Source: Candidatus Zymogenaceae bacterium (GTDB lineage: Bacteria > Desulfobacterota > Zymogenia > Zymogenales > Zymogenaceae). Taken from it: a stretch of 64,000 bases of DNA. Positions within the stretch are counted from its first letter, which is position 1, and every line of letters starts with the position of its first letter. The notes under the pieces were generated by a model. That model was not told the origin of the DNA, made no database searches, and was given only the letters and a program-made list of their open reading frames with translations. This document shows, in pieces, positions 20,446 through 30,329 of this stretch. The DNA is taken from positions 105,145 to 169,144 of the forward strand of contig JAFGAS010000025.1 of the NCBI GenBank assembly GCA_016933535.1. Direction: 5' to 3'. The position numbers and the translations under genes are program-made.

Positions 20446-21543
20446 ATGCAAATCGGTATTCCAAAAGAGATAAAAAAGGAAGAGTATCGGGTGGCCGTTG
20501 CCCCGGCGGGCGTCTCGGCGCTGACGGGACGGGGCCACGCGGTCCTCATAGAAAAAGGGGCCGGGGAAAAAAGCGGCATCACCGATGACGACTACAAGCG
20601 TGCGGGGGCCGTGATCGTGCCCTCAAACAGGGCCGTGTGGGAAGGGGCCGAGCTTATCGTCAAGGTCAGGGAGCCGGAGGGCTCGGAACTGGAGCACGTT
20701 TCGGGCCACGTCATCTTTTCCTATCTGCACCTGGCGGCGGACCCCGCGCTTGCAGCGAAGCTGCTGAAGACCAACGTCACCGCGATCTCGTATGAGACCG
20801 TCCAGACCGCCGACGGCTACCTGCCGCTGTTGGCGCCGATGAGCGAGGTCTGCGGGCGGCTCTCGATTCAGAAGGGGGCCTACGGCCTGGAAAAGATCAG
20901 CGGGGGCTCCGGCGTGCTCCTTTCGGGCGTCTCCGGGGTGCCGGCGGCCACCGTCGTCATCCTCGGTGCCGGGATCGCCGGGTTCAACGCGGCGTTCGTG
21001 GCTGCGGGCATCGGCACGGAGGTCTTTATCCTTGATACGTCGCCGACGCGCCTCAAATACGCCGGCGATATGCTCAGGGGCAAGGCCGTCACCGTCATGA
21101 GCAACAAGGCCAGCGTCGAGGAATACGTTTCGCGGGGCCACGTCGTGGTCGGGGCGGTCCTTATCCCCGGCGCCAGGACGCCGCATCTCATCAGTCGGGA
21201 CCTGGTGAAGAAGATGAAGCCCGGCAGCGTCATCGTGGACCTGGCCATCGACCAGGGCGGCATCTCCGAAACATCCCGGCCCACCACCCATAACGACCGC
21301 TTCTTCGTCGAGGAGGGGATCGTCCACTATGCCGTCCCGAATATGCCGGGGGCCGTGCCCCGCACCGCCAGCTTTGCGCTGAGCGGGGTGACGATCACCT
21401 ACGTGTTGGAGCTGGCCGACAAGGGATTTGACGGCGCAATCGCCGACAATCCCTCGCTTAAGCGCGGCGTAAACATCCACAAGGGCAAGGTCGTCCATAG
21501 GGGCGTGGCCGAGGCGTGCAGCGAGACCTACTGCGAGCTATGA
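20446..21543 (+). CDS. ald: Alanine dehydrogenase
   Basis: 365 aa; MQIGIPKEIKKEEYRVA N-terminus and NAD-binding VVILGAGIAG motif. Confidence 0.85.
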   Translation: MQIGIPKEIKKEEYRVAVAPAGVSALTGRGHAVLIEKGAGEKSGITDDDYKRAGAVIVPSNRAVWEGAELIVKVREPEGSELEHVSGHVIFSYLHLAADPALAAKLLKTNVTAISYETVQTADGYLPLLAPMSEVCGRLSIQKGAYGLEKISGGSGVLLSGVSGVPAATVVILGAGIAGFNAAFVAAGIGTEVFILDTSPTRLKYAGDMLRGKAVTVMSNKASVEEYVSRGHVVVGAVLIPGARTPHLISRDLVKKMKPGSVIVDLAIDQGGISETSRPTTHNDRFFVEEGIVHYAVPNMPGAVPRTASFALSGVTITYVLELADKGFDGAIADNPSLKRGVNIHKGKVVHRGVAEACSETYCEL

Positions 21544-21980
21544 CGTAAAATGAACCGGGCGAAAATACGGGGGAATGGATAGTAAGGACTAAAGTCAACG
21601 AATAGGATCTGCGGCTATTCCGTCCTTTTCGCAGCAACTAACAAATTAAACGTTGAAATTAACGGTAATTAAATAGCAATATATAGGAGTGATAGTCTCC
21701 GGAGAGAGATCTCCCCCAACCATGCGTTGTGTGGGTGATTGCGAAATAAGTCATGTTTTTTTCGTGATAGCCGCCTCTTTTCCGTTGCAGGAACTCCACT
21801 AGTTACACTTATCTATATTTCATCAACGATTTTATAAATCCGCCACTACTATTGTATGTAGGACACACGGCTAAAAATTTCGAGAGACGTTTCAAAAAAG
21901 AAAAATGTTAATATAAAAAGTAGAGCAATAATCGTTGTAAGAATCCAAGAGACGGGAGAACCAGAAAGGGCAGACCGCAA

Positions 21981-23069
21981 ATGTGTTTTTACCCGCGTGT
22001 TAAAAAATTAGTGCGCCGCCCGGCAATCGATGTCTATCGCCTTATGAGAAGAGTTATCTTTACCATAATATGGTGGCGGAAGCGATGCTGGAATCGGACG
22101 GATGGTACGGTCCTTTATATTTCCCTTCCCATGCATTACGCGATGTTTTCGGCGATTCATAAGTATTTGCCGCACGTGCGTATCGTTGCGCGAAAAGGGG
22201 AAGCCGCCGATTACCTGGAGCGCCTGTCTATTGACTATACTACGGCCAAACTCTATCCAGATCTCGTTATTGTAATGGATTATCATTATATTCGTAGGGA
22301 ATTCCCGATATGGGGGATACGGGCCGTTCAGGTATTCCACGGAATCGGATGCAAGGATTTTATAGACCGTAAAGACAATAGGGATTATCTTTGTCTTGTG
22401 CCCGGTCAAAATCTGAAAAAGAGGCTGGAAAAACAAGGCGTCCCCGCTATTCGAGTCGTCGGGTACCCCAAAACCGATTGTTTTTTTGACCAAACCTTGG
22501 ATAGAGAAAGTATATTGCACAGCCTATCCCTAGATTTATCCAAGAAGACAATACTGTATTCCCCCACCTGGGGAAGCCTCAGCTCCACTCCGATTGCGGC
22601 CGATAGCATTAAAAAACTGAGTAGCGACTATAACGTTATCGTTAAGCTGCATGATTTGTCGGAGCCAAAATGGCTGGATCTGTATCGCCGGATAGATACG
22701 ATACGGTTTGTGGAAGAGTCAAACGTTACCAGCTATATGTTTGTGGCTGATCTTATGATCAGCGATTTTAGCAGTACGATTTTCGAATTTGCGCAACTGT
22801 TCCGACCGATTATTACCATACTTCCCGATCCGTATAGAGCCAGGGAATGTGCCCATGATTTTTCGTGGTGGGAGATAACAAGGATGATTCGCGAGATAGA
22901 TGAGTTAAAACCTGCTGCGGATAAACTGCTCGAAGGTGACTGGATGCCCGATACTCGATACCGGGAGGTTGTTAATTCCATTTTTTCATACAATGATGGT
23001 AAATCAGCGATGCGAGCGGCAGCGGCTATCAGGGAATACGAAAAGGAGGGTACGATATGGAAGCGGTGA
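21981..23069 (+). CDS. CDP-glycerol/CDP-alcohol glycerophosphotransferase (TagB/TagF family)
   Basis: KTILYSPTW motif and HGIG region typical of TagF-type transferases; gene and flanks are markedly lower in GC than the surroundings; start codon choice uncertain. Confidence 0.6.
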   Translation: MCFYPRVKKLVRRPAIDVYRLMRRVIFTIIWWRKRCWNRTDGTVLYISLPMHYAMFSAIHKYLPHVRIVARKGEAADYLERLSIDYTTAKLYPDLVIVMDYHYIRREFPIWGIRAVQVFHGIGCKDFIDRKDNRDYLCLVPGQNLKKRLEKQGVPAIRVVGYPKTDCFFDQTLDRESILHSLSLDLSKKTILYSPTWGSLSSTPIAADSIKKLSSDYNVIVKLHDLSEPKWLDLYRRIDTIRFVEESNVTSYMFVADLMISDFSSTIFEFAQLFRPIITILPDPYRARECAHDFSWWEITRMIREIDELKPAADKLLEGDWMPDTRYREVVNSIFSYNDGKSAMRAAAAIREYEKEGTIWKR

Positions 23070-23806
23070 TCCTCGCGGCGGGTCTCGGCAGACGGTTACG
23101 GCCTATACTGGGTGATCAACCGAAATGTCTTCTGGAGATTAATGGCCAAACGCTGCTTGAAAGACTTATCTGCCAGCTGCGTGGGAGCGGCGTGCGGCAA
23201 ATATGGATTGTCGTGGGGTACATGGCCGATATGATAAGAGAGCGGTTTCCCTCCGGGAAGGGGCTTTCGTACGTGTATAATCCGCAATACGCCACCGGTA
23301 ACAATGTCATGTCACTGTACAAGGCCCTGGATCACGTTCGCGGAGAATTTACATACATAATGGGAGATTGTATCTACGAGGATGATTTGCTGTCGCAAGT
23401 TGACGAACGGGACGACGAGGTTGCCATAGCCGTTGATTTTTCCGATCGGTGTACGGGAGATGACGTTATGGTCTCCGTATCCGATGGCCGTGTCGTTAGG
23501 ATCGGTAAAAAAATTGACGTGTCTCCGACAACGGGTTATTTTGCCGGTGCGGTGAGAATCGGCCGGGAAGCCCTTAGCGTACTGCGCAATGAACTGGGTG
23601 CGTTCGCGATAAGAAAGGATAACAGACTATACACCAGCAAGGCCCTGGATGAGATGATCAGGCGAGGATCAATCCAGGCCTCATTCGTCGACGTTACCGG
23701 CCTGTTCTGGGATGAAATTGACACGCCCGATGATTTTATGCGGGTAAAAGGCAACATTAATCAGGGTGTTGCTCAAGCGCACGACGAAACGTATGGCGAG
23801 CTGTGA
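23057..23806 (+). CDS. Sugar/alcohol-phosphate nucleotidyltransferase (LicC/IspD-like cytidylyltransferase family)
   Basis: MEAVILAAGLGRRLRP...PKCLL N-terminal NTP-transferase signature; overlaps the TagF-like gene by 13 nt; low GC. Confidence 0.7.
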   Translation: MEAVILAAGLGRRLRPILGDQPKCLLEINGQTLLERLICQLRGSGVRQIWIVVGYMADMIRERFPSGKGLSYVYNPQYATGNNVMSLYKALDHVRGEFTYIMGDCIYEDDLLSQVDERDDEVAIAVDFSDRCTGDDVMVSVSDGRVVRIGKKIDVSPTTGYFAGAVRIGREALSVLRNELGAFAIRKDNRLYTSKALDEMIRRGSIQASFVDVTGLFWDEIDTPDDFMRVKGNINQGVAQAHDETYGEL

Positions 23807-24014
23807 TGCGCCAAAAAACCATCATTTCCACCGGGACCGAATTGGGGGGGCGGGTGAAAACCGCTCGGAGCCGAATGGTATCTCGGATACCCTCTCGAAA
23901 AGCGAGCAAGACGATCATCGACCCTGTTTGGTATTATGATCAGGGAGCCGTGTCCGTTATAATCATGTCATACCGGCAACGGTGATGGGCAGCAGGGCAT
24001 CGGAGGATTTCTCA

Positions 24015-24467
24015 ATGAAAGGAGCGGACACCAAACAAATCGCCGAAGAGATAAAATCCATGGTCGATCGGGAGACGGCCGCCTGGGACATGAAGGACGC
24101 CGGGACCCTAGTGGATATATTCCATCCCGACATGGTGTGGCCGTGGCCGCCGGACAACCGGTCGCATGACCCGATGACCTGGGAATTCGTGCAGGGCAGA
24201 TACGACAGACAACGCTGGCAAGACTCCTGGCAGGAGCTCTTCGATACCCACACGCTGGTGCACAACCGGCGAAGGACGCTGCGCATAGAGGTCTCGGCCC
24301 AGGGAGACGGGGCCTTTGCCGTCGTCGACGTCGATACGCTGTGGCGTCACACGGAGACCGGGGCGACCGTTGTCTGGAAGGGGCGGGCATGCAAGGGCTA
24401 CACGAAGACGGCCTGTGGCTGGAAACTGATCATGCACACGGGGCTGTTGGACTACGCCGACCAATAA
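24015..24467 (+). CDS. SnoaL-like / NTF2-fold domain protein (DUF4440-like)
   Basis: GGAGGA RBS 7 nt upstream of this ATG; about 150 aa with an NTF2-like alternating hydrophobic pattern. Confidence 0.45.
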   Translation: MKGADTKQIAEEIKSMVDRETAAWDMKDAGTLVDIFHPDMVWPWPPDNRSHDPMTWEFVQGRYDRQRWQDSWQELFDTHTLVHNRRRTLRIEVSAQGDGAFAVVDVDTLWRHTETGATVVWKGRACKGYTKTACGWKLIMHTGLLDYADQ

Positions 24468-24592
24468 GGCTCTTATAAATTCTACCGAGACACCGAGGCC
24501 GGCGGCTCTGCCCGCTGCTTTCCCGCCGTATTGACTCACGTACAAAACCGCACTATACTTATATATTACGGGATGATCGTAATGGTGTCCCC

Positions 24593-25378
24593 ATGAATTA
24601 TCCGACCGGCGGGGGGCTTGAGCGGCACTACCGGATATTGGGCCTCGTTCCGGGGGCCGACGCCGGCCAGGTGAAGGCCGCCTATAAACGCCTTGCCAAG
24701 CGCTGGCACCCGGACCGATGCGCCGGCGACCGGCGCGCGGCCACCCGCTTTCAAAAGATCAACAAAGCCTACCGAACGATCGTGGGCGCCAAGGAGCGCT
24801 CCCACGCGGAGATGTTCGTCTTTCTGCGGGGGCTGCCTGCCCGCGGCCGCCCGCTCGATATCGTCCGGGGCTACCGATCGCTGGCAATATCGACCCTGCT
24901 GCTCTCCCGCCTGGCGCTCGCCTATATCGAGGAAGGGGCCGTGGATGACGCACGCGACATCCTGGACCGCATCGACGCGTCGGGGCCTCCGCTGGTCTCA
25001 ACCTGCATCAACCGCGCGTACCTCTCGTTTCTTACGGGAGACGACTCGTGCGCCCTGGAGAACCTCTACCGCGCCAAGGACCTCTTCGGGGGCGATCCGG
25101 TGATCGCCCTGAATCTCTCCGTGCTGCTCAAGAAGATCGGGAGGCTTTCCGACGCCTATCGTGAGATCGAACAGCAGGCCGACGACGCCGAGCAGAAGGT
25201 GGATTTTTTCGAGGAAATGGCCCGGACGGTTTCATTTCTGGACAGCCGGCGGCGGGTCGTGCGGCAGCTGCGCAGGGCCGTGGATGACCGGCGGCTGGAG
25301 CTCTCAGTCGGGGAGCGCGGGTCCCGGGCCGTCCCGAAGCTCACGGGCCCGATGGCGCCGCCGGAGCGGGGGGCGTGA
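24593..25378 (+). CDS. J-domain (DnaJ-like) protein with C-terminal TPR-like helical region
   Basis: YRILGLVPGADAGQVKAAYKRLAKRWHPDR contains the HPD tripeptide of J domains. Confidence 0.7.
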   Translation: MNYPTGGGLERHYRILGLVPGADAGQVKAAYKRLAKRWHPDRCAGDRRAATRFQKINKAYRTIVGAKERSHAEMFVFLRGLPARGRPLDIVRGYRSLAISTLLLSRLALAYIEEGAVDDARDILDRIDASGPPLVSTCINRAYLSFLTGDDSCALENLYRAKDLFGGDPVIALNLSVLLKKIGRLSDAYREIEQQADDAEQKVDFFEEMARTVSFLDSRRRVVRQLRRAVDDRRLELSVGERGSRAVPKLTGPMAPPERGA

Positions 25379-25432
25379 AATCGGTAAAAACGGGTGCCGA
25401 TGGGCCGCCGTCTTTTGAGGCGGCCTTCTTTG

Positions 25433-26089
25433 CTACCAGACGCCGGGCAGCAGCCGATATTTTACCTTCCCGGCATATTCCATATACCCGGCCGGTTCGC
25501 TTTGAAGCGCGGTGTCCTCGAGGGCCGTGCGGGCTATTAAGAGGAGCGCGCCGGCGCCAGCCGGCACGAGCGCCCAAAGAGAGCCGAGGATAAAGGGTGC
25601 GCTCACGAAGCTCACGATGATTCCGGTATACCCGGGGTGTCTCACAAAACGGTAGGGACCTTCCCAAACAACCTGTTGATCCCGTTCCGTCTGGATTCGC
25701 ACGACGCTCGAAAACCACCTGTTTGTCTGCATCGCCCATCTGGTGAAGGCAAACGAGGCACCGTAGACGACCACCGAAACCGGATACACCCATAACGGCA
25801 AGCCGTGCGTCCAGCCGAACCGCCCCGCGTCAAGGCCCCCGACGACGAAGATGCTCATGCTCAGCGGAAAATAGAGCGCCATGAAGCCCTTGTCCCACCA
25901 CTTGATGCCCGGCCCCGGCTTGATCCGCTCGGCGGCAAGGCTCGTGTAGCCGGAAGACTGCAGGATTGTCACGACAATCTGGACGGCCATAACGACGATA
26001 AGGAGCCACCCCTGCCAATAGTCGGATCTGCCCGCGGAAAAAAGGAGGAGGGCTATCAGGACGCAGAAGAACAGAAGGTTCCTTATCAC
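25433..26089 (-). CDS. Isoprenylcysteine carboxyl methyltransferase / phospholipid methyltransferase family membrane protein
   Basis: Multi-TM protein with the C-terminal RHPGYTG...E signature of the ICMT/PEMT family. Confidence 0.65.
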   Translation of the reverse strand: MIRNLLFFCVLIALLLFSAGRSDYWQGWLLIVVMAVQIVVTILQSSGYTSLAAERIKPGPGIKWWDKGFMALYFPLSMSIFVVGGLDAGRFGWTHGLPLWVYPVSVVVYGASFAFTRWAMQTNRWFSSVVRIQTERDQQVVWEGPYRFVRHPGYTGIIVSFVSAPFILGSLWALVPAGAGALLLIARTALEDTALQSEPAGYMEYAGKVKYRLLPGVW

Positions 26090-26217
26090 TCCCTTGAGAA
26101 AGAGTCTTTTTCCGGTATTCTCATCAATATCGGTATTCGGATGCCGTGTGTCGGCAATTCCTCTTTTCGTGACCCGGCGTGGAGTCGCCTTACCGATTCA
26201 ATTGGCGGGTTGATGTG

Positions 26218-26787
26218 CTATTTTTTCAGTTCCTCGTCGATGACCGCCGCCGTAGCGGCAATGCGGCCGGGATCGGAAAATATCAGCTCGAAGGTATTAT
26301 GGGGGCTGGCGGCCCGCCACTTGATGAGCGATTCTTTCGCCTTGAGGTAGTAGCTTTTCGGATCGGCATCAAAGGGCGCGTAGCTGAAGTAGTAATAGGT
26401 CCAGAGGCCCGGGATCATCGATGATTCCTTGTCAAAACGCGTCAGGGTTTCGATGTCTTCGACGCCGGCCTCGAGCCGATAGAGCATAATGGAGGCGTAT
26501 GCCCGCATGGCGTAGAAATAGGAGAAAAGCTCCGAGTATTTTGGGATGGCGTCAATCCCTTCCGTGGCACTTTCGACCGCCATGGCCCAATCGCCGTCTT
26601 CGAGGTAGTCGTTGAGTTCGAAGAAATATTCCATGACCAACGGGTCCTCGTTATCCCTTACCTCGATAAAGTAGGCGTCCGACAGCTTATAGGATTGTGA
26701 CTTCGGCATAATCGTTGTGCAGCCGACGATGACGATGAGACCGGCGCAGAGTATCAGAAACCGAAAAAAAAGCGATCGCATTTTCAT
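26218..26787 (-). CDS. Putative lipoprotein (hypothetical)
   Basis: Signal peptide ending in lipobox-like LIVIVGC; Tyr/Phe-rich mature part; no domain recognised. Confidence 0.45.
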   Translation of the reverse strand: MKMRSLFFRFLILCAGLIVIVGCTTIMPKSQSYKLSDAYFIEVRDNEDPLVMEYFFELNDYLEDGDWAMAVESATEGIDAIPKYSELFSYFYAMRAYASIMLYRLEAGVEDIETLTRFDKESSMIPGLWTYYYFSYAPFDADPKSYYLKAKESLIKWRAASPHNTFELIFSDPGRIAATAAVIDEELKK

Positions 26788-26913
26788 GAATCCCCCCCTT
26801 CTTTCGGCGTATTATCCGTCAATCGACTGTTTTTTTCAAGATAAATCAGCACGGCGGGCTTGGGCCTGGTACGGGGAAGGGCTGTGTGCCGCCGGCCGCG
26901 GGTAAAAGGTGCT

Positions 26914-26942
26914 TGACTTTATCCGTTGACTGGGCGTATGAT
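26914..26942 (+). promoter_or_regulatory. Sigma-70-type promoter (TTGACT-N17-TATGAT) heading the glmU-like/glmS operon, followed by a structured leader of about 200 nt
   Basis: Hexamers read directly; leader ends in a GC stem plus T6 tract (ggtcgccgatctctcgctttttt) just before the first ATG. Confidence 0.35.
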
Positions 26943-27157
26943 ACCCATTGATAGCGCCCCCGTAGACGTAAGGCCGATTCCCTTGGCTGTTCGATAATGA
27001 GAGAGCGGAGGGGGGGGAGGAGTGGAACGCTTGGTTAGTAGGGTCGTGAGAGCGAAGGGACGGGGGAGTGAATATCCTGCCTGCGGAATAAAAGGATGAA
27101 ATAAGGGGAGATTGTCCGCGGCCGTTGTTCGGGTCGCCGATCTCTCGCTTTTTTAGA

Positions 27158-28474
27158 ATGATGATGTCATCAACAGAAGAGGGGCAAAAACGCCCCCTAT
27201 TGGTCGTCATCCCGGCCTCGTCCGCGGATTCGACGGCTCGACCAATCCCCGCTTATCTACGGCCGATCATGGGAAGACCTCATCTCGGCTATCTGCTTGA
27301 TGCCGCCCTTACGCTTGCCCCCGACGGTATTATCGTATTTGCACACGGTGCCGACGAGAAGACGTTGGGAGATATATGGGCGCTGATGCCCCCCGGGGGA
27401 TCGGTCGTTGCCGGGGCGGGGGACCCCATGGCCTTCATCGGCCGGATGCTGAGTGACCTACAGGGGCACCCCGGAGACATCCTCTTTGTCTCGGCTGTCG
27501 CGGCACCGCTGGACGGAACGGTCCTCTCCGATTTTATCGACGCCTACCGGCAACAGCCGGAAACCCCATGCCGGATTGAGGCGGTTGGGGCAAACGGTGA
27601 AAGACAAACGCGATTGCTGGTGGCCGACGCCTCTTCGATAGGGGGTATAGACGGGCCGTCGGGCGATTATAACGGATCTTTCACCGATCGCCTTTTCGGT
27701 CTGCTCGACCGACAGGCGTGCAAGGGCGGCGGGAGACAATTTATGGTGAACCGGCCTGACCGGCCGGGAGACGTAGGGTTTCCGCGGGACTTTGCCGCGG
27801 CGTTGCGTGTTGTTCGGGGGGCGGTTGTCGAACGTCTGATGGACGGGGGGGTGACGGTCATCGATCCGGAGCGAACCTACGTTGATTGGGCCGTCACGGT
27901 TGGTCCGGGCACGACGCTCTACCCCGATACATACCTGGAGGGCCAAACGACCCTCGGCAGTGACTGCTTCGTCGGGCCGAACGTGAAGATTACCGATTCG
28001 GCGCTGGGGGATACGGTTACCGTGAAGATGTGCTCGGTCATTACCGAAAGCGTCGTCGAGGGGGGGGTACAGATCGGCCCGTTTGCCCACATCAGGCCCA
28101 AGACGCATCTGGGCCGTAATGTCAAGATCGGCAACTTCGTCGAAGTAAAGAAATCGACGATCGGCCGGGGTTCCAAGGCAAGCCACCTCAGCTATCTCGG
28201 GGATGCCGAGATCGGCAAAGAGGTCAACGTGGGCGCGGGAACCATCACGTGCAACTACGACGGGGCCAAGAAACACACGACCACCATCGGCGACGGCGTC
28301 TTCATTGGGTCCGATACCCAGTTCATCGCGCCGGTTGCCGTGGGTGACGATTCGCTTATCGGCGCCGGTTCCACGATCACCAAGGACGTCCCACCCAATT
28401 CCCTGGCGGTCGCCAGGTCAAAACAGGTTACGATCCCCGGCCGTGGGGTCAAATCTCGAAAGGAACATACATAA
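27158..28474 (+). CDS. glmU: GlmU-like bifunctional protein: divergent N-terminal nucleotidyltransferase domain plus canonical C-terminal left-handed beta-helix acetyltransferase
   Basis: C-terminus ...[30 protein letters not shown] is a canonical GlmU hexapeptide domain; the N-terminus aligns with GlmU but lacks LAAGxGTRM; start could instead be the TTG at 27125. Confidence 0.65.
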   Translation: MMMSSTEEGQKRPLLVVIPASSADSTARPIPAYLRPIMGRPHLGYLLDAALTLAPDGIIVFAHGADEKTLGDIWALMPPGGSVVAGAGDPMAFIGRMLSDLQGHPGDILFVSAVAAPLDGTVLSDFIDAYRQQPETPCRIEAVGANGERQTRLLVADASSIGGIDGPSGDYNGSFTDRLFGLLDRQACKGGGRQFMVNRPDRPGDVGFPRDFAAALRVVRGAVVERLMDGGVTVIDPERTYVDWAVTVGPGTTLYPDTYLEGQTTLGSDCFVGPNVKITDSALGDTVTVKMCSVITESVVEGGVQIGPFAHIRPKTHLGRNVKIGNFVEVKKSTIGRGSKASHLSYLGDAEIGKEVNVGAGTITCNYDGAKKHTTTIGDGVFIGSDTQFIAPVAVGDDSLIGAGSTITKDVPPNSLAVARSKQVTIPGRGVKSRKEHT

Positions 28475-28499
28475 AAGCGATAATAACGAGGAATCGATC

Positions 28500-30329
28500 A
28501 TGTGCGGAATAGTCGGCTATATCGGCCCGAAGAAGGTGAGCAATCTCCTCCTGGACGGGCTCAGGAGGCTTGAATATCGGGGTTACGATTCCGCAGGAAT
28601 AGCCGTCATTTCCGGCGGAACGGTAACCATCAGGCGAAGCAAGGGTAAGCTCTCGGCCCTCGAGAACCTGATTTCTCAGGAATCGCTGGACGGCTGCGTG
28701 GGGATCGGCCACACCCGCTGGGCGACCCACGGCAAACCCTCGGATGAAAACGCCCATCCCCATAAGGCGGGAAACATCGTAGTCGTGCATAACGGGATCG
28801 TCGAGAACTACCTCGAACTCAAAGAGATGCTCATCGGTGAGGGACACACGTTTACCTCGGAGACCGACACCGAAGTCATCAGCCACCTCATCTGGCGTTT
28901 CATCAAGGATGACCTTTCCTTCCGGGACGCGGTGCTTTCGGCGCTTAAGATGATTAAGGGGTCTTATGCGCTGGGTATTCTGAAGGAAGACGAGCCGGAC
29001 ACGCTGATGGCCGCACGTTTCGAGAGCCCCCTCATCCTCGGCCTTGGGACGGATGAATTTTTTATCGCCTCCGACATCCCGGCGGTCATCAACCATACCC
29101 GGGATATCGTCATCCTGGACGATGGAGAAGTCGTGGAGTACAAGGACGGCGTGCTCACGGTCATGGACCTTGCGGGAACTCCGAGAAAAAAGCCGGTCCG
29201 GCGCATCGACTGGAGCCCCGTTATGGCCGAAAGGGGCGGGTATAAACACTTCATGCTCAAGGAGATATTTGAGCAGCCGCAGGGGATCATCGATACGATG
29301 AGGGGAAGGATCTCCGAGGATCGGGGCGAGATAATCCTGCCCGAACTGAACCTTACCAGGCAGGCCGTCGAGCGTATCGATAAAATCGTCATCGTGGCGT
29401 GCGGGACGTCATGGCACGCGGGGCTGGTCGGAAAGTTCATGATCGAGGAACTGGCCCGCATTCCCGTGGAGGTGGAGCTGGGCAGCGAGTTCCGTTATCG
29501 CAATCCCATCATAGGAGAAAGGACCCTCATCATCGGTATCACCCAGTCCGGCGAGACGGCCGATACCCTTGCGGCGATGAAGGAGGGGAAAGAGAAGGGG
29601 GCCTTCGTCGTTTCGGTCTGCAATGCCGTGGAATCAAGCGCCGCCCGGGCGTCGGCCGGCGTCGTCTATACCCATGCGGGCCCGGAGATCGGCGTTGCTT
29701 CCACAAAGGCCTTTACGACGCAACTGACCTCGCTCTACCTGATCGGGCTGTTCCTGGCCCAGATCCTGGGGAAGATCTCGCCGTCTGATATGAAGCGCCG
29801 CCTGGCGGATTTCGTTACGCTGCCGGGCCACGTGGAAAAGGTCCTATCGGGAAACGATGGCATCCGGGTGCTCGCGCGCAAATATATGCACGCGAAGAAT
29901 TTCCTCTACCTCGGCCGCGGGATCAACTATCCCATCGCGTTAGAGGGAGCGCTCAAGCTCAAGGAGATCTCCTATATCCACGCGGAGGGATACCCCGCCG
30001 GCGAGATGAAACACGGGCCGATTGCCCTCATCGACGAGGAGATGCCCGTGGTTATTGTGGTCACCAAAAACAAGACCTACGAGAAGGTGCTCGGCAACGT
30101 CGAGGAAGTGAGGGCTCGCGACGGCATGGTGATCGCTGTGGCCACCGAGGGGGACGAGGAGATCAAAAAGAAAGCCGGAGATGTTATTTATATACCCGAT
30201 ACGGACCCGATGATTGCCCCGATCGTCCTGGCGGTCCCGTTGCAGCTTCTGGCCTATCATGTGGCGGACCTCAAGGGGACGGACGTGGATCAACCCCGAA
30301 ACCTGGCCAAGAGCGTAACCGTAGAATAG
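28500..30329 (+). CDS. glmS: Glutamine--fructose-6-phosphate aminotransferase
   Basis: [10 protein letters not shown]-terminal nucleophile Cys, two SIS domains, C-terminal ...SVTVE; 609 aa. Confidence 0.9.
   Translation: MCGIVGYIGPKKVSNLLLDGLRRLEYRGYDSAGIAVISGGTVTIRRSKGKLSALENLISQESLDGCVGIGHTRWATHGKPSDENAHPHKAGNIVVVHNGIVENYLELKEMLIGEGHTFTSETDTEVISHLIWRFIKDDLSFRDAVLSALKMIKGSYALGILKEDEPDTLMAARFESPLILGLGTDEFFIASDIPAVINHTRDIVILDDGEVVEYKDGVLTVMDLAGTPRKKPVRRIDWSPVMAERGGYKHFMLKEIFEQPQGIIDTMRGRISEDRGEIILPELNLTRQAVERIDKIVIVACGTSWHAGLVGKFMIEELARIPVEVELGSEFRYRNPIIGERTLIIGITQSGETADTLAAMKEGKEKGAFVVSVCNAVESSAARASAGVVYTHAGPEIGVASTKAFTTQLTSLYLIGLFLAQILGKISPSDMKRRLADFVTLPGHVEKVLSGNDGIRVLARKYMHAKNFLYLGRGINYPIALEGALKLKEISYIHAEGYPAGEMKHGPIALIDEEMPVVIVVTKNKTYEKVLGNVEEVRARDGMVIAVATEGDEEIKKKAGDVIYIPDTDPMIAPIVLAVPLQLLAYHVADLKGTDVDQPRNLAKSVTVE

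Noticed and set aside
23900-23990. Inverted-repeat region ggtattatgatcagggagccgtgtccgttataatcatgtcatacc at the right edge of the low-GC islet, considered as a tRNA or att site
   Set aside because: Cannot be folded into a cloverleaf (no T-arm GTTC/anticodon architecture) and the arms are imperfect. At most it is a weak hairpin.
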